Source: Bigelowiella natans CCMP2755
Taxonomy: Eukaryota > Protista > Cercozoa
DNA: 42,360 nucleotides
Assembly: GCA_000320545.1 (NCBI GenBank)
Contig: ADNK01000401.1
Location: forward strand, 1 to 42,360
Reading direction: 5' to 3'
Every line of letters begins with the position of its first letter. Within the stretch, counting starts at the first letter, position 1. The notes under the pieces were generated by a model. It worked only from the letters and a program-made list of their open reading frames with translations. It had not been told where the DNA came from and made no database searches. Shown in pieces: positions 36,700-42,360 of the stretch. The position numbers were made by a program, and so were the translations under genes.

Positions 36700-38154
36700 A
36701 AAACGAACACATGGAGGGGGGTGGGGACAAGTAAGAGTGTGGTGCGAATTGCCAGCAAGCCTCACGTCGAGAAACCAAGCAGCTCGATGATAATGTTTTG
36801 CGTCGTTTGCTTTGCTGCATTACTGTTCCTTATATGAAAGCTCTTCGAATGCCTTTCCCACTTCCTGCGTGTCCTTCCTTCCTGTCGCCCCAACCTCCAC
36901 GCTATTCATTACGGTCACACGACGAATTAATTGGTCGCTGATTGTGTTTGACGGCGGAGTTGGATCCCGAGTGGTAAACACGATGGTGACAACGAGCACA
37001 TGCACAAAGCAACCCCCGAAACGATGCAACCGGAAGGAAAGCTTACCTCTCTTCCGTTCTGTTGGAGGCAGTTGTTGTCTGGTTTGTGGCGAGCAGCACA
37101 CCCCCCTCCCCCCCTCCATCCCTGCCTGCACTGCTAAGTGCGGTTGCAGAGTCCCCCCCCCCTGAACCGCTGGTGGATGCCCTTTGGCGCTGAAACTCCT
37201 GTTCCAACTGCTGGATACCTCGCGTGGAGCGATCGAAATACCTTGCGTTATATAGGGAATTAGTGGGCGACATTGGTAGTTATTGTTGTTGTTGTTGTTG
37301 TTGACGAGATGGCGTTGGTCAATGTGGATGGAGGCCTGGGATATGCTTGTGGTCATGGTGACAAGGAAAGAAAGAGAGAGAAGGATAGAAGAGAAGGGTA
37401 GAAGGGAGGGAGGGAGGGCAGGGTAGAAGAAGATAGTACATCTCATGCTTGGTCTCTAAGTAGATAATTTCACACGAATGCGAATGTAAGTATAATAATG
37501 TGAGAGTTACATATTTTTGCGATCAACATAATCTGTCTCTTCGCACCATTTCGGTAAGAAATATCCCGCTGCTGTAAATGCAGCAACACCGGCGATTGTC
37601 CCTCGCTTATACACGATCGTTCCCTGATCCATCACGATATTCACGAACATCACACGCCCGTCTTCAACCCCACGAACGCTATTTTAATTGCTCTACCAAA
37701 GCGTTCTTCAACGCCTTTAGTTTCGGATTCGAGGGGGAGGGGGAGGGGGACCCTATAGATACAGATATTGAAGTCCGATGCATTTGATCTCTCGAATCAC
37801 TGAGGGGAGGCGAAGGGGGGGAAAGAGCAAGAATTAATTACCCGGGCTAGGTGTTACTGCATCGCTCCTGCACCGCCACAATGCTCCTAATCGTCCGCGA
37901 AACTAAAAACACAAGCAGGCCAGTAACGGACGATACCTCCACCCAAAGGTAATTTGGAGGTTCGGAGATCAGAGGGGGGATGACGAAGAACTAACCTTGA
38001 TATCACCGCCCTTCCGGCGGCCACAACCCCCGGAACCACCCGTCCCACGTAAGGCAGCCCCTCCAATGGAAAAGGAAGGTCGAGCCCTTGCGTTTGATGA
38101 ATGGATGCTAGCAAGAGCCGAAAGCCAAAACGGGATAAGCAGTACCGAAGGCAT
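33743..38154 (-). CDS. Sel1-like repeat protein (multi-exon), possible N-terminal signal peptide
   Basis: Spliced repeats [92 protein letters not shown] and [33 protein letters not shown] at 33745-33743. Exons above ~37450 and the ATG at 38154 ([15 protein letters not shown]) are tentative. Confidence 0.8.
35627..35690. repeat. Long (TA)n microsatellite in a Sel1-gene intron
   Basis: Perfect run of about 30 units. Confidence 0.95.
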
Positions 38155-38700
38155 GTGGTGGCGGAACGTGGGAGGCGGGGCGGGGCGCGGCGGGGCGGAG
38201 CGGACTGTATCCGTTGAGCCTCCGGTTATAATTTTAGCACAAAATCTGACGCGCATTTGACTGAAGAGAAGAGATCTCGCAGCCAATCCGTCGTTCTACG
38301 ATTACATCCGAAAACAAAAGTATCTACGGTTATCTTTCGGTCATAATGTTATCTAGAACGAATGCGATGGCCCGGGACCGACAATCCCATACATGACACT
38401 GCGGCCACCACAGTGGCGCCAGATGTTTCAGGCTCCCAAAATTGCCTCGGGACACGGCCACCCTGTATTTTCGGCTTTCCAAAGGTTTTAGATGTCGCAG
38501 CCTCGAAATCGACGGATTCACGCTTCTTTCCGACGATTCCTCGCACCGCTGGCCAAACGAACCGAATAGAACACCGCAGCAGCAGTAGCCGCGCTGCCCC
38601 CCTCTCCTTCGGCGTGGGGATCCAGTGATCGATGGACCACGTTACGATTCGATCCGATTGCAAATTAAGAGTAGTCTCTGAGACCTAGACTCCGAGTGAG
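38155..38700. promoter_or_regulatory. Putative bidirectional promoter between the Sel1 and MRH genes
   Basis: Head-to-head starts about 550 bp apart, CpG-rich, with a GGCGGGGCGGGGCGCGGCGGGGCGG cluster at ~38174-38198. Positional inference only. Confidence 0.35.
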
Positions 38701-39831
38701 ATGGGGCACCGTACACTCTTCCTCGCTCTCCTCGCTCTGCTGCTTTTGGCAACAACTAGCGGTACGAGAATACACAGTGTTTTGACTGCATGTATGCCCT
38801 TGCCAGAGGCACCTATTGACCGAAATCTGTAATTAGACGCATAGGCATTCGTGCCTGTGAAGCAGATGTGTATCACCCTGTCCACTTGTTTCCGAACCGT
38901 CACCCCAAAAGCGATGAAGCTGACTGAACACACAACAACAGCAGCACCAGAGAGCGAACTTGTCTCTCGGGGTCATGTTGCAACCTTATTGCAGATACCG
39001 ATTTCTGTATATTTATCGGTGTTCGTTCTATAACGATGTTTTTGGGACTATTCGTAGGCCAGGGTAGCAATGGCGACAGAACCAACCGCCCCGGGGCTAT
39101 GGAATGCACGTAATTCAATACTCATCCTGCATCTTTCGCACGAATGGCCAGAGCCTTTCTTAGCAACAACATTGGAAGATATGCATGATCGACCTCACCG
39201 CCTATCCTTACTCTTCTCAGCACTGGTGATGCAGCAGGCGATGGCAACACATGCAATGCCGCTGGGGCGGATTCGGAACAACCGGTCACCAACGGGGAGA
39301 AGAGGGGTAGTGTAGAGGGGGGGGCGGGGGGCGAGATCGACGCAAACACCCCCGAACTGGAAGCATTCGAGGCCCTTATTGTATCGATCAAGAACTCCAA
39401 GGAGCTCACCGATGCACAGAAGGCCAACGTCATGGAAGAGTATGAAGCCACCAAGGGCTGGATCCTGAGTCGAAAGGAGAATGAGAAGAAAAAGACCTCG
39501 AATGGTGGTGGTGGTGGTGGTAGTGGCAGCGACGACGACTCAGCCAGCGATGGCGAGGATGGTACTACTGCTGGTTCAAGCCTCTCGATGAGTGTGCCTA
39601 TCAAGGAAATAAGGGGAGCTGGAGGCGCGAGCGGCAATGATAATAGCCCAGGAGTCAACTCCGTCGATAATGGTGATGTTGGTGGTGGAGCTGCGAAGGG
39701 AAATGATGCTACCGGTGGGGGAGGAGGAGAAAGGTGTTGCGTCCCATCCAAATAGGGAATAAAAAACCGATGACTCTTTTCGATGGATGTCCTTCATTTT
39801 CCACTCTCTCTCACGTACCCCTTTCTCCTTC

Positions 39832-39891
<60 letters not shown>

Positions 39892-41322
39892 TTACGCGTG
39901 CATAGAGGGACAAACATGTGGTATCCGGTAGCTTCGTACACTACACCAGAGTAAACATGAAGAATATATAAAATTGTAATATGACACATGAATCCTTCAC
40001 TATTATTACAACAGCTACTTCAGAAATAAGTACAAACACGTTGTGGCGGAGAAAACAGGCGTCAAAGTGAGCAGCGGCGATGATAGCAGAGAGGATGATA
40101 AAAAGGCGAAGCAGCAGCAGCAGCAGGACGCGGCCGGGGCAGATGCGAAGGGTGTTCCTACGTCGAAGAAGAGAGCGACAACCACAGAGGAAGCCCGCCA
40201 GAGACGAGCGGAGGAGCTCCAGAAGCGCGTAGAATCTCTTGGAAAGGGGGGGGGCAAGAAGGGAGGCCCACCACGCAAGAAGTATAAGATTAAGATCAAT
40301 AATGGCAAGAAGTCTCGCGCCATTGGTTCCGGTGGTACCAGCGGCAACACCAACAGCAGGGGTACGACCGGGGATTCCACCACGGATAGCTCTCGCTCCT
40401 CCTCCTCCTCCTCCTCCTCCTCGGACTCTAATGGGGGGGGGATAGGAAGGATCCCGGCTGGCAGTAATAACAACAACAACAACAACAATGGGGGTGGGGG
40501 AGAGCTAACGAAGAGAACGATCCTAGACAACAATGCGACAACAGATATTACGGATGCGCTCCTCGACGTGCTGGCCCCATACGGCAACACGTGCTTCAAA
40601 GTGCGTAGTATGAGTGTGTACTGCTGCCCATGTTCGCGGAGGAAGAGAAGGGGGGGGGGGGAGATTTTTTTTTAATTTTCTATAGCGTCGTCGCGGGCAG
40701 TCATGCTTATTCTGTGCTGCTGGAGGTGTTCTTGCTCTATCTATGCGTGCGTGATAGATGCAAAAACGCGATGAGTTTCAGCCGATATGCAATGATGCTG
40801 CTGAAGCACGTTGCGCTGCTCCCATCGGCATCTGAGGCTCTTTGATTGTCGGGTTCTGCCTTGGTGGTTATGCTTAGGATCGGTACGATGAGGATGCGGA
40901 ATACAGGTTTTCCGCGTGTTTCTTCGCAGAAATCACGCAGCAAGAGAACTCGAAGTCATTGTACGTGAATAAATAGCAGCGGCAGCAGCAATAACAACCA
41001 CCAAAAACGTGCTCGAATCATCAAAATCTTGCCGCCGCCACCACCACCACCACCATCGATCACCCATATCTCTTTGGAGGAACATTGAGAGTGTGTGATG
41101 CCTTACTATTATATCTTCCCTCCCTCCCCCTGACTTTTCCGAGTATGCATTCTGCTTCCTCTTTATCATATGCTTGTTGCTGCTGTATTGCATTTCGCTA
41201 CTATCCTCAATGATGATTTAAAATCTGTGTTATCGTCCTGAATCGGGCTGGTTTCGATAGTGAACGACATCAAACAATTCTGACGATGATAGTAGCAGCA
41301 ATAGCAGCAATAGCATGCATGT

Positions 41323-41379
<57 letters not shown>

Positions 41380-42200
41380 AATATCTGTGTTGTGCAACTT
41401 CCCCCCCCCTTCAGGTTCCAAGAGCGCAAGTACTCTCTCGGAAAATGGGCGGGGTGAGTTTGTTTTAAGATGGTGATGATGATGATGATGATGACGATGA
41501 TGACGATGACGAGGAGGATGAGAATACGTACACGAATTTCATCGTTATCCTATCGACTAGATCCGAGAAAGATTACATCCCTCCCCATGTTTCATCACCG
41601 TCTTCTGAATCGACATATTATTCTTCCCCCCTTCCTGCTGTGCAGATTTGTGCACTGCGATCGGTTCGGAGGGGGAAACAATGATGACCTTATCGTCCAC
41701 AACCACTATCGAGTGTGTATGCTGTACGACAACGGTAGGATTAGTGAGAACAATGAACGTGCTTACAGTATTCCCCAATTCTACGAATGACATTTTCTCA
41801 TCGGCACCACCATCATAATTATCATCATCATCATCGTCGTCGTCATCATCGCCTGCTCGTAAAGACAGTGCCGCCACCATTCCGAGATCTTGTATCACTT
41901 CCCCGCTTGCCTCATGCTGAGTCGCTCGTGCGAAGCGAAAAATAGCGCACCACACTTCCTTTTTTTTTTTCCCTGTGTGAGTTTGACCAAAACTATTGGG
42001 TTGGAGGGGGGGGGAGGGGGGGGGGGGGACTACTGCCGCAGACGCCCCCCTCCTACTATTAAATCTACTGGGTACGACTCCTGATATTAAGGGGTACTCG
42101 CGCCCAGGGGAAAAAAGCCCCGGGCTGCGAAAACGGTCTACCATGCTTTCCTTCGGGTGGGGATACTCGGACGCTATACACCGTCGCGAGGCTTAACCTG
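38701..42200 (+). CDS. Secretory-pathway protein with C-terminal MRH (mannose-6-phosphate receptor homology) domain, PRKCSH/OS-9/GNPTG-like; 3' end degraded or incomplete
   Basis: ATG 38701 gives a hydrophobic leader MGHRTLFLALLALLLLATTS, followed by low-complexity exons. Then LAPYGNTCFK, YSLGKWAGF, MLYDNG and E.KSPGLRKRSTMLSFGWGYSDAI, which follow the MRH pattern CF..SLGxWxGF..MxYxxGxxC..RSTxVxFxCG. The exon 1 to exon 2 phase and the last exon do not read cleanly. Confidence 0.6.
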
Positions 42201-42360
42201 CTTAACCCCAACAAGTGGACCTCCCCCACCCTGTGGCCGGGAGTCTTTTATCCAACAACCCTCAATGTGAATGGATCATAATAAGAGGGCAAACCGGCCT
42301 CAAAAAACCGGGAAGAGGCGCGAAAATGAAACCGGATGCGAAAAGAAAAGGGGGGGGGGG

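Noticed and set aside
4216-39931. Many ORFs with YIYIYI, CVCVCV, HTHTHT, poly-M, poly-S or poly-Y tracts
   Set aside because: They are translations of intronic microsatellites or antisense shadows of real exons.
1-42360. tRNA, rRNA, telomeric or spliced-leader genes
   Set aside because: I recognised no convincing cloverleaf, rRNA segment or telomere array by eye. tRNAscan-SE and Infernal would be needed to exclude them.

Overview
Eukaryotic nuclear DNA, gene-dense and intron-dense, with short, mostly GT-AG introns full of microsatellites. A protist, possibly rhizarian or chlorarachniophyte-like, is only an inference. Manual splicing gives nine gene units in strictly alternating orientation: last exon of an unknown gene (+), a degenerate LDH-like malate dehydrogenase (-), Sec24 (+), an intronless Cj0069-family ATP-grasp remnant (-), a Ser/Thr kinase with a KA1-like tail (+), PP4R3/SMEK (-), a GCP6-like gamma-tubulin complex subunit (+), a Sel1-repeat protein (-) and an MRH-domain protein (+) that runs off the window. 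The main unexplained signal is that all four tail-to-tail (convergent) spacers carry a 0.4-1 kb non-coding block strongly enriched in CTAG and perfect palindromes, with no CCGG seen. Three of the blocks share the exact 12-mer CATGCTAGCATG. Head-to-head spacers lack this signature. Several single-base frameshifts, including some in Sec24, suggest residual assembly errors, so pseudogene calls are provisional. All counts were made by eye and need computational confirmation.
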